Notes: generated from the letters alone by a model not told the origin. DNA of 64,000 bases from Clostridia bacterium (GCA_045535785.1 JAZSMH010000060.1:2560-66559), one strand, 5' to 3'; shown: positions 8,894 to 17,393, counted from the stretch's first letter. A program made the numbers and translations.

Positions 8894-8926
8894 ATAAACA
8901 CTTGGATGTTATAGGATGTGAAAAAT

Positions 8927-10873
8927 ATGAGATTTATTGGAAGCAAGACAAATTTACTGAACAACATAAAGCAAGTTATAGATGATAATTGCACTGACAA
9001 TAATGAAATCTTCTGTGATATTTTTTCTGGGACGGGAGCAGTATCGAGATTTTTTAAGCAAGATTATCAAATTATAAGTAATGACTTGCTATATTTCTCC
9101 CATATTTTAACTGCTGCAACTATTGAAAACAATACTATACCATCATTTGAAAAATTAAAAGCAAAAGGAATTTTAGACCCTTTTGCTTATTTAGAATCCA
9201 ACGACCTTCCTCTTTCTTTAGTAAACGGCTTTGTTACAGAAGAATATTCGCCTAAAGGAAGAGCAGGACGTATGTATATAACCGAAAACAATGCAGAAAG
9301 AATTGATTTTATTAGGACTACTATTGAAGAATGGAAAACTAAAAAATGGATAGATTCTTACGAGTATAAATATCTTTTAGCTTGTCTTATAGAAGGAGTA
9401 CCTTTCGTGTCTAACACCACAGGGACTTATGGTGCTTATTTAAAAAAGTGGGACAAACGTGCATTTAAGCGCTTTGAACTATTCAAATTAGCCGTTATTG
9501 ATAATAAGCGTAGAAATATTTGTTATAACGAAGATGCCAATGAATTAATAAAAAAAATTAGTGGCGATATTTTATATATTGACCCTCCTTACAACGATAG
9601 ACAATATCTTCCTAATTACCACGTTTTGGAAACCATTGCTAAATATGATTCGCCTTGCGTAAAAGGAGTAACAGGCGTTCGTCCATATACAAATGAAAAA
9701 TCAAGTTATTGTATAAAATCAAAGGTTAAGGAAGCTTTTGACGATTTAATCAAAAACGCCGATTTCAAACACATTGTTATAAGTTATAGCGACGATGGGC
9801 TACTCTCTGTAGAGGAAATAATTGAGATTTTAACTAAACACTGTATGCTTGATAGCATTAAAAAGTACGATATACCGTATGCTCGTTATAAAGGCAAATT
9901 AGAACAAGCAAAAAAAGAACATAACGAATATATATTCTACGCAAAGAAAGACATTATTCGTTCAAGTGTAGTCGAAAAGAAGGTTAAAGCGACTCGTAAA
10001 CCAACCGATAGCATAGACAAAAAACGCTTTATAAAAAGTCCTATGAATTATATAGGTGGTAAATACAAATTGTTGCCTCAATTAATGCCCCTTTTCCCAC
10101 AAAACATTAACACCTTTGTTGATTTGTTTGCAGGAGGATTTAATGTTGCCGTAAACGTTAAGTCAAACAAAACCATTTGCAATGATTTAAACTATCTTGT
10201 TGTTGAGATGGTAAGAACATTAGCCTATGCTGATATAGATATTGTTTTGAAACGTATTGATGAGAAAATTGCAGAATATGGGTTATCTAAAGAAAATGAA
10301 GAAGGGTTTAAGGCTTTTAGAAACTTTTATAATGCCAATCACAACCCAATTGATTTGCTAACACTATCTAGTTTTTCTTTTAATTATCAATTCCGTTTTA
10401 ACAGCAACTTAGAATATAATAATCCATTTGGAAGAAATCGAAGTCAATTTTCAGAAACTATGAGACAAAATTTAATTTTGTTTATGTCGGAAATGAAAAA
10501 GAAAAATTTGGAATTTTATTCGAGAGATTTTAGAGAAATATCTTTAGATGGATTATCAGATAATGACTTTATTTATTGCGACCCTCCGTATTTAATTACG
10601 AATGGCTCTTATAATGATGGAAATAGAGGTTTTCACGATTGGGGTACTGACGAAGAAAAAGCTCTTTACGAATACCTTGATGAGGCAAACAAGCGCAATA
10701 TTAAGTTCGCTCTTTCTAATGTTTTATTCCACAAAGGAATTGAAAATAAAATATTGATAGACTGGTCAAAAAAATATAAAATTCATTACATTAATAGCGA
10801 CTATTCAAATTGTAATTATCAATATAAAAATAAAGAAACAACGTCTGTTGAAGTATTAATCACTAATTATTAA
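8927..10873 (+). CDS. Fused double N6-adenine DNA methyltransferase (two Dam/D12-class domains; M.FokI-like architecture)
   Basis: Domain 1 has RFIGSK, FCDIFSGTG (motif I) and DPPY at 9581-9592. Domain 2 has YIGGKYKLL, FVDLFAGGF and DPPY at 10580-10591. The ORF track starts at GTG 8918; I prefer ATG 8927 (MRFIGSK). Confidence 0.85.
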   Translation: MRFIGSKTNLLNNIKQVIDDNCTDNNEIFCDIFSGTGAVSRFFKQDYQIISNDLLYFSHILTAATIENNTIPSFEKLKAKGILDPFAYLESNDLPLSLVNGFVTEEYSPKGRAGRMYITENNAERIDFIRTTIEEWKTKKWIDSYEYKYLLACLIEGVPFVSNTTGTYGAYLKKWDKRAFKRFELFKLAVIDNKRRNICYNEDANELIKKISGDILYIDPPYNDRQYLPNYHVLETIAKYDSPCVKGVTGVRPYTNEKSSYCIKSKVKEAFDDLIKNADFKHIVISYSDDGLLSVEEIIEILTKHCMLDSIKKYDIPYARYKGKLEQAKKEHNEYIFYAKKDIIRSSVVEKKVKATRKPTDSIDKKRFIKSPMNYIGGKYKLLPQLMPLFPQNINTFVDLFAGGFNVAVNVKSNKTICNDLNYLVVEMVRTLAYADIDIVLKRIDEKIAEYGLSKENEEGFKAFRNFYNANHNPIDLLTLSSFSFNYQFRFNSNLEYNNPFGRNRSQFSETMRQNLILFMSEMKKKNLEFYSRDFREISLDGLSDNDFIYCDPPYLITNGSYNDGNRGFHDWGTDEEKALYEYLDEANKRNIKFALSNVLFHKGIENKILIDWSKKYKIHYINSDYSNCNYQYKNKETTSVEVLITNY

Positions 10874-10880
10874 GGTATTT

Positions 10881-11858
10881 ATGGATAAAGAAATAAAAAC
10901 AATCCCTGCTAAAAACATTAAAAAAGAAGATATAGCAAGATTGCCTCTATGGGTACAAGAAAACCTTGACTCTGCCATTCTAATTGGTAGTTCTTATAGA
11001 ACAATCCAATTGTTAGATGGGAGAAAATATTCATTAGATAATGAAATAAATGATTTAGATGGCGCAGAATGGACAAAAAACATTTGCTCGGTTATTAATA
11101 CTCATTATTCAACCAAAGGGGAAGATAGCTTTGCTCACGACATCAGAAAGGTCCACCCAACCCCAAAACCTCCTCAACTAATGAGAGATTTAATAAAGTT
11201 TTTTACAAAAGAAAACGATATTGTATTTGATTATTTTATGGGTGTTGGTGGTTCCCTTCTCGGAGCAGCACTTTGTAATCGACGAGGTGCCGGAATTGAT
11301 TTAAATGAAAAATATGTCGATTCTTATAAAAAAGCAGCATCTAAGTTGAATTTACCTGTTTTCCCGTGCATAGTTGGAGATAGTAATGACATTTTAGATA
11401 ATGACTCCAAAGTTACTAGCTTATTGAATAATGAAAAAGCAAGTTTAATACTTATAGACCCACCGTACGCTAATATGATGTCAAAACCTAAAACAGGTGC
11501 CGATATTGCAGTATATGGGAATATTGCAACCCCTTTTACTGATTTCGATAATGATATAGGTAATTGTAGCTACCATGAATTCCTAAATAAGCTGAAAAAC
11601 ATTGTATCAAAATCATTGCAATATCTTAAGAATAAAGGGTATCTAATAGTTTTTTGTAAGGACATGCAACCCAAAAAGAAAGAACCTCATTTGTTGCATT
11701 CAGACATAGTAAATGCGTTAAACGAGATTCCTTCGTTATATTTTCGTGGATTAAAAATTTGGGCAGACCAAACGGTCAAATTATTCCCTTATGGTTATCC
11801 ATTTGATTTTGTTTCAAATCAAATTCATCAATATATTTTAATTTTTAGAAAATACTAG
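10881..11858 (+). CDS. Third DNA methyltransferase (N6A/N4C type, DPPY)
   Basis: Contains HPTPKP, FDYFMGVGGS (AdoMet motif I) and LILIDPPYANM (DPPY at 11457-11468). It starts 7 nt after the fused methyltransferase stop. Confidence 0.75.
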   Translation: MDKEIKTIPAKNIKKEDIARLPLWVQENLDSAILIGSSYRTIQLLDGRKYSLDNEINDLDGAEWTKNICSVINTHYSTKGEDSFAHDIRKVHPTPKPPQLMRDLIKFFTKENDIVFDYFMGVGGSLLGAALCNRRGAGIDLNEKYVDSYKKAASKLNLPVFPCIVGDSNDILDNDSKVTSLLNNEKASLILIDPPYANMMSKPKTGADIAVYGNIATPFTDFDNDIGNCSYHEFLNKLKNIVSKSLQYLKNKGYLIVFCKDMQPKKKEPHLLHSDIVNALNEIPSLYFRGLKIWADQTVKLFPYGYPFDFVSNQIHQYILIFRKY

Positions 11859-13237
11859 TCTATTCCGATGTTCTTAAAAGCATCTTTTACCGCCTGTGGC
11901 GCAGCATCGTTGATTATAACTTTTCCTTGATTATTACAATATATTAGAACCGATTCATGTGGAAGAGTTGTTCCTTCTCCACCAAATAAAGTAATCCATC
12001 TAGTTATTGTATAACCAGGGTAACTAGGTTTAATATGCTCATTTTCTATCGCATCATACCCTCTAATATCATGCAATCCTTCAGCGAGTTTATTGTACAT
12101 TTTACCTTCTACAAGATAAATTTCTCTAGTTGAATCATTACGTAATACCACGTCGGGTAAAAGAAGATTATCTTCTCCACCAGCATCTTTTTTATGGAGT
12201 GTGGTAAAACTTCCGTTTGCTTCTCTAAAATAACTTCTTTCGCAACCTGCGTGATTTTCATAGATACCATGTATTCCCGCATATTGACAAGTCAAGTGCA
12301 ATAAGATAGATGCTACTTTTTCGGAAGACATGGCATATTGCCAATAATGTTCAGGAAGTTCAATATTAGCAGGCAATGTAATCCCATCTAACTGTACATT
12401 TAAAATTTTACAAATTCTGATGAATTTATTTCCACTGTTCCTTGATGCATACGATTGAGAAACCCCATGTTGTGTAATAATTATTTTTCCTGCCCAACCA
12501 AGTTTCCTCAAAGTGCTTGCTATACAAGTTAAAGTTCCTATATTAGGGTCGTGTCCAATATTTCCTTTATCTTTTGGTTTGGAAAGCATACCTGAAACAG
12601 TTATAGTTTCATCACTTAACTTGTTTATCAATATAGGAGTATTTGTTTTATTTGGTAACCGCATATTCCCCTTAAACTCTATCATTTCGTCAACGGAAGT
12701 AAAAGCGCAAAATGGGGTCATAGTCTTGCCTAAGAATCTAACGTCTTGAGCTAAAAGCATATTTGTACCAAATATGTTTGTTTGGGTCGGTGTTCTGTCA
12801 CTATCAGGCGTTGCTTCTTCATTATACAACATATACTTTGGCGTATCTGGACAATAATAGTTTGCATACGTAAACTTAGAGGCTCTCTGACCAATACCTG
12901 TATTTCTTGATTCAGCATCACTTGTTTTAGTTTCTTCCAATAAAAATACTATATTGTTTAGCGAGTGATTTGCAGGAACTTCTTCTTGTTCTACAAGCAT
13001 ATAGTCCATAAAGCTTGAATAACCACTAATAATTTTTATATTTATTTCTGAGATGTTACCAATATTTGCGCTTTCAACCACATACTCAAACGAGAACAAA
13101 CCGTGTTGTGTTTTAGGTTTGATTTTAATATCACCACAAGTCAAAGTTTCATTTTTTAATTTGCAGTATTCTTGAAGAATTGTTAACACTACCGAATTTT
13201 TAGGGCGTTCCTCTGTAAGAATCCATAAGTTGTTCAT
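11855..13237 (-). CDS. Putative restriction endonuclease of the R-M module
   Basis: Convergent with the third methyltransferase, overlapping it by 4 bp. It has a C-terminal PD-x14-E-G-K motif (LLLPDVVLRNDSTREIYLVEGK, nt 12101-12157). It shows no similarity to the FokI nuclease that I can see. Confidence 0.55.
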   Translation of the reverse strand: MNNLWILTEERPKNSVVLTILQEYCKLKNETLTCGDIKIKPKTQHGLFSFEYVVESANIGNISEINIKIISGYSSFMDYMLVEQEEVPANHSLNNIVFLLEETKTSDAESRNTGIGQRASKFTYANYYCPDTPKYMLYNEEATPDSDRTPTQTNIFGTNMLLAQDVRFLGKTMTPFCAFTSVDEMIEFKGNMRLPNKTNTPILINKLSDETITVSGMLSKPKDKGNIGHDPNIGTLTCIASTLRKLGWAGKIIITQHGVSQSYASRNSGNKFIRICKILNVQLDGITLPANIELPEHYWQYAMSSEKVASILLHLTCQYAGIHGIYENHAGCERSYFREANGSFTTLHKKDAGGEDNLLLPDVVLRNDSTREIYLVEGKMYNKLAEGLHDIRGYDAIENEHIKPSYPGYTITRWITLFGGEGTTLPHESVLIYCNNQGKVIINDAAPQAVKDAFKNIGID

Positions 13238-13507
13238 AAAAATTTTTCTCCCGTATAATAACTGAGCTTATATTATAACATGTTTTCGGTAAAATATCAA
13301 TTCATTTACTCAGTTCATAGCTAAACAGCCTAAAAGTGGGTTTCCCACTTGTTTTAGAGTCGAAATTGCAATTTGGTGCAATTTCCTTAACCTGCTTAGG
13401 CGTTGAAATCTGCATCATTTTTTCGGGAAAAACGCACCGCTAAAAATCTTCTAAAAAGTTTATAAATATGACACACTTTGTCATCTTTACTTTGGTATAA
13501 TAGGACT

Positions 13508-14554
13508 ATGGATAAATTAGCATATCACTACAACAAGAAAAAACTACCCGCTAAAACTGAGGGTAAATATCTATACTATTATCCTTGCGATGATATTGAA
13601 AACGCCACCGTTCAAATGGGTGGGCGTGGTTTTGTCACGATTGAAGTAAGCGAGAAAGAATGGGAAGCGTTAATTGAGTTAGATAGGATTGAGTATAATA
13701 ACGAGCATAAATACGTACGCCATACTGCTGAACTTCTCGATGAAGAAGATGAAACTTTAACTGCAAAGCAACTAGAAAACTTCCACGTTAAGGATACCCC
13801 TATAGATACAAAAGTGGCAAACTATTACTACAAAAAAGACCTATATAACCAACTTACCGAAGATGAAGAAAAAGTTCTTAAAATGCTTGAAAACGGCGCT
13901 ACTCAAAAAAATATAGCTAAAGCATTAAACGTTACACAAGGCTACGTTTCAATGATTAAAGCCAAAGCACAATACAACTACGATTATGCAGAACAAACTA
14001 CAGCTATAAAAACTAATTGTCCCGAATACCTTTGGAAGTGTTGGAACTTGTTTGCTAAAAAGTTAGAAATGCCGATGTTCTTAGACGTAGAAATGGAATA
14101 TGTATTAAGACATCTCCATCCTAACGATATAGCCCACTTCCTTTATTGGTATTATAGTTTGGGCGAATTTGTCCGTTTTTCTATTAGATACTATCTATAT
14201 AACGAGGAAGCGCTTGAAAAAGAAAAGTCGGAGTATCTATCTAAGGCAAGCGACCAAGAGCTTGCTTGGTATTTACAAAACTATGCCGATGCAGTTCCTT
14301 TGGTACAAATCGTATATATCCGTTTAATTACCGAAGTTGAATGTCGTAGAGAACGTGGATTGCACGGTAATAATAAAGCGGCAGACGGCTTATATACCGC
14401 TGTGGAGAAGCTTGCAAAGCGTGTAAATATATCACCCGAAGAATATTACGAAAAGCGTATTTATCCTATCATAGTTAATATTCGTACTAGACGAATAAAG
14501 CAGTTTTACCGCTTCTATTCAGGCAAGACACTAAAAAAATTAAATTATTTTTAA
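13508..14554 (+). CDS. HTH protein with sigma-70 region-4/LuxR-like motif (mobile-element regulator)
   Basis: The motif is LTEDEEKVLKMLENGATQKNIAKALNVTQGYVSMIK. ATG 13508 lies 6 nt after an extended -10 (TGGTATAAT); the track start TTG 13478 lies upstream of that promoter. Confidence 0.6.
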   Translation: MDKLAYHYNKKKLPAKTEGKYLYYYPCDDIENATVQMGGRGFVTIEVSEKEWEALIELDRIEYNNEHKYVRHTAELLDEEDETLTAKQLENFHVKDTPIDTKVANYYYKKDLYNQLTEDEEKVLKMLENGATQKNIAKALNVTQGYVSMIKAKAQYNYDYAEQTTAIKTNCPEYLWKCWNLFAKKLEMPMFLDVEMEYVLRHLHPNDIAHFLYWYYSLGEFVRFSIRYYLYNEEALEKEKSEYLSKASDQELAWYLQNYADAVPLVQIVYIRLITEVECRRERGLHGNNKAADGLYTAVEKLAKRVNISPEEYYEKRIYPIIVNIRTRRIKQFYRFYSGKTLKKLNYF

Positions 14555-14685
14555 AAAGTTTTCAATTTTACTAATATTTTCCTTCTTCTCGTGGCTTATA
14601 AGTGGAGGGAGCAATTCTGAACGATGACCTAATGAACAGGTTGTCGTTCTTTTTTATCCCTTAAAAAACAAAAAGGAGGTGAAAA

Positions 14686-15465
14686 ATGACTAATTGGAAT
14701 TACGAATATTATGAAAACCCTATAAGGGACAAGCACGCTACTATTTCCGTTCTCACGTTTAAGAAAGATGAATTGTCTGAACAAGACGATTATCTTAAAG
14801 AAGTTGAACAAACTTATAAAACGGAGTGGTTAAAACCTATGTTATCTAATTTTGAACAAGAATGGATACGAATTAAAACCAAACACAACGCAAGATTTTT
14901 TAATCGCGGTAAGAACATCGCATTAGAATGTTTGCAGTTCGGTGGTAATCACGAGTTTTGGGACGATTTCCCCGATGAATACGAAATATTAGCGTATTTC
15001 AAAAGATGTTATGCTTTTGCAATCGAAACTATTGGCTACAAGCAAACTGATACGAACATCATTTGCGCCATTATCGTTACCGAGCCAAACCGAAGAAACC
15101 TTTTCGTGTATTACTTGCCACTAACGAACAGTTGGCAACGAAAGGTTTGCGGAAACGAATTTTCTCAATGTGGAAGTAGATTGCAATTAAGAAATGATGA
15201 CGGCAAACCCGTTTATCGTACAATACATAGCGACGTAAAGCCATTACTTTGCCACTCTGAATTTTGGAAGCAACGTGGCGGTTTAACGTCTTACTCTGAC
15301 CTACAAGAGAGATTTTACAACGAAATATCTTATAGGTACGGAGCTGAACGTGGCGAAAGCTTGTCAAGATTAAAGTACACGTCTAAAGAACAGATTAAAC
15401 GTTTTAATCGTAAAGAAGGCGATGACTACGACGTTATCCCTATAACTTCGGACATTTGGATTTAA
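14686..15465 (+). CDS. Mob/Pre (MobV)-like protein, apparently lacking the histidine metal-binding motif
   Basis: Strong RBS (AAAGGAGGTG). The block ICAIIVTEPNRRNLFVYYLPL sits where MobV relaxases carry HxDExxPHxH. The downstream YSDLQERFYNEISYRYGAERGES resembles the conserved 'LQD.F....G..RG' block. Confidence 0.4.
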   Translation: MTNWNYEYYENPIRDKHATISVLTFKKDELSEQDDYLKEVEQTYKTEWLKPMLSNFEQEWIRIKTKHNARFFNRGKNIALECLQFGGNHEFWDDFPDEYEILAYFKRCYAFAIETIGYKQTDTNIICAIIVTEPNRRNLFVYYLPLTNSWQRKVCGNEFSQCGSRLQLRNDDGKPVYRTIHSDVKPLLCHSEFWKQRGGLTSYSDLQERFYNEISYRYGAERGESLSRLKYTSKEQIKRFNRKEGDDYDVIPITSDIWI

Positions 15466-15533
15466 CTGATGCCAAGTGTCTATTTATTTTATCAGTACAT
15501 AACCAAAAAAATCAAGGAGGAAAATTGTGGTTT

Positions 15534-15674
15534 ATGGTTAAAGATTTACTAACAAACACAACGCATCTGTTGAGATGTAGTTTATTGGTGTTCTGCCATC
15601 AGGAAAGAGGACATTGTATCCGCACAAATAAAAAATTAAGGAGATTTGAAAAGACATTATTTAGACGAATTTAA
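15534..15674 (+). CDS. Small basic Cys/His-containing ORF (hypothetical)
   Basis: AAGGAGG at 15514-15520 lies upstream. It contains CSLLVFCHQERGHC. The start is uncertain (TTG 15525 or ATG 15534), and it overlaps the next ORF. Confidence 0.2.
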   Translation: MVKDLLTNTTHLLRCSLLVFCHQERGHCIRTNKKLRRFEKTLFRRI

Positions 15675-15855
15675 CAAGGTGGAAATTAACCTTTCCACCA
15701 ACGAAGTGGCAACTTCACCACTTGAATTAGATGATGAAACACTAACAGCAAGCGCTTCGGTGCTTGCAAATATGTTGTTAGACTTTGTACGAGATAACAA
15801 CTCGTATGAAAATCTAACACCTAAGAACGTTTTTAGAAAGGAGAACAAACAATGA
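15646..15855 (+). CDS. Small acidic protein, translationally coupled to the recombinase (possible directionality factor)
   Basis: TTG start with an AAGGAG RBS. Its stop overlaps the recombinase ATG (ATGA). Confidence 0.4.
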   Translation: MKRHYLDEFNKVEINLSTNEVATSPLELDDETLTASASVLANMLLDFVRDNNSYENLTPKNVFRKENKQ

Positions 15856-17393
15856 AAAAAGCAGTAATCTACGCAAGATTTAGTTCGCACTCTCAAACCG
15901 AACAATCTATTGAAGGTCAACTACGTGAGTGCTACGATTTTGCAAAGCGAAGCGACATTACAATCGTTGGCGAGTACATAGATAGGGCTTTAACGGGAAC
16001 GTCAGATAAACGTCCACAGTTTCTTAAAATGATTGAAGATAGCAAGAAAAAGAGCTTTGAGTACGTTTTGGTTTACCAATTAGACCGTTTTGCCCGTAAT
16101 CGTTACGACAGCGCCAACTACAAAGCAAAATTAAAGAAAAACGGCGTAAGAGTTTTGTCTGCAAAAGAAAACATTACCGACGATGCAAGCGGAATACTTG
16201 TAGAAGGTATGCTAGAGAGTATGGCGGAGTACTACTCCGCCGAACTTTCTCAAAAAGTTAAGCGTGGCATTAAAGAAAGCCTTATAAAAGGCAATTTTAT
16301 AGGCGGTCACGGACTTTTGGGCTACGACACCGTTGATAAAAAGTGGACGATTAACCCACTTGAAGCAACAGTAGTTAGAGATATTTTTACAAGATACCGA
16401 AACGGAGAGAAAGCAAAAGATATTATAGCTCGCCTAAACGCATCGAGTATTAAAACTAAGTCAGGCAAAAAGTTTTCTATGAGCCAACTTGCCCGTATTA
16501 TACGAAATGAAAAGTATATGGGCATTGTTAACGTGGACGGAAAAGTCTATACAAACGTAATTCCACCTATCGTGGATGAAAAATTATTTAGGGAGTGTAA
16601 TTTAATTATGGATTTACATAAGCATAAACAAAGAAAGAACTATGACGAACAACCGTATATTTTAAGCGGTAAACTCTTTTGTGGGTATTGTGAATCGGCA
16701 ATTACCGCAGAAACAGGCACGAGTAAAACGGGACGTGTTTACCATTACTACAAGTGTTACGGAAAGAAATTAAACCCAAATGACTGCCACAAGAAAAACG
16801 TGAGCCAAGATTTTATTGAAACACTTGTATTTGAAGCGACTATAAAATACGTGCTACGCCCAAAAGTTATTGATAAAATCGCTAAACTTGTTGCAGATAA
16901 GTTTAACGCAGAACTATCTATGCCAACCGTTTTATTATCGCTACAAAAAGAACTTAAAGAAGTCAATAAGTCAATTAAGAGCATTATGACGGCAATAGAA
17001 AACGGTATCTTTACAAAGACAACAAAAGACCGCTTGCTAAATCTTGAAGCAAGTCAATCCGACCTTGAAAACAAGATAGCCGTTGAAGAAGCAAGACAAG
17101 TTAAACCTTTACAACCTAACGAAGTTAAGAAATTTTTAACCTATTTTGCCTATATGAAATACGAAAAAGGCGAAGAAAAAAACGAGTTCTTTAACTCGTT
17201 TATAAATCGTGTTATTTTGTATGATGATAAAGTTATTATTCTCTACAACTCAAACGATAGAGAAACTAAACGCCTTAATAAAAAGCAGTTAAAGGAAATT
17301 GAAAATGGGAAAAACCTTGAAGAAATAAAAGAAAACTCGTCTGAACATAAAAAGTTCAAACGAGTTGCTCTTGGCGGAGAGAGTGGGATTTGA
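15852..17393 (+). CDS. Large serine recombinase/integrase
   Basis: The resolvase domain has KKAVIYARFSSHSQ and YQLDRFARN. A recombinase domain and a zinc ribbon (CGYCES...YYKCYGKK) follow, then a long coiled-coil C-terminus. The last 22 nt lie inside the tRNA-Ser gene. Confidence 0.9.
   Translation: MKKAVIYARFSSHSQTEQSIEGQLRECYDFAKRSDITIVGEYIDRALTGTSDKRPQFLKMIEDSKKKSFEYVLVYQLDRFARNRYDSANYKAKLKKNGVRVLSAKENITDDASGILVEGMLESMAEYYSAELSQKVKRGIKESLIKGNFIGGHGLLGYDTVDKKWTINPLEATVVRDIFTRYRNGEKAKDIIARLNASSIKTKSGKKFSMSQLARIIRNEKYMGIVNVDGKVYTNVIPPIVDEKLFRECNLIMDLHKHKQRKNYDEQPYILSGKLFCGYCESAITAETGTSKTGRVYHYYKCYGKKLNPNDCHKKNVSQDFIETLVFEATIKYVLRPKVIDKIAKLVADKFNAELSMPTVLLSLQKELKEVNKSIKSIMTAIENGIFTKTTKDRLLNLEASQSDLENKIAVEEARQVKPLQPNEVKKFLTYFAYMKYEKGEEKNEFFNSFINRVILYDDKVIILYNSNDRETKRLNKKQLKEIENGKNLEEIKENSSEHKKFKRVALGGESGI
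17370..17392. repeat. Right att-type direct repeat (within the tRNA-Ser 3' end)
   Basis: Identical to 3553-3575. Confidence 0.85.

Larger units (their letters stand above)
3553..17392. mobile_element. Integrated mobilisable genomic island (~13.8 kb) at tRNA-Ser(GGA), carrying R-M and candidate defence cargo
   Basis: Bounded by 23-bp direct repeats. A large serine recombinase sits at the tRNA-proximal end. It also has a Mob/Pre-like gene and is clearly more AT-rich than the DNA right of the tRNA. Confidence 0.75.

Noticed and set aside
11855-13237. FokI-type restriction enzyme paired with the FokI-like methylase
   Set aside because: The 460-aa ORF is shorter than R.FokI. I see no resemblance to the FokI cleavage-domain region. 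I call it only a PD-(D/E)xK candidate of unknown specificity.
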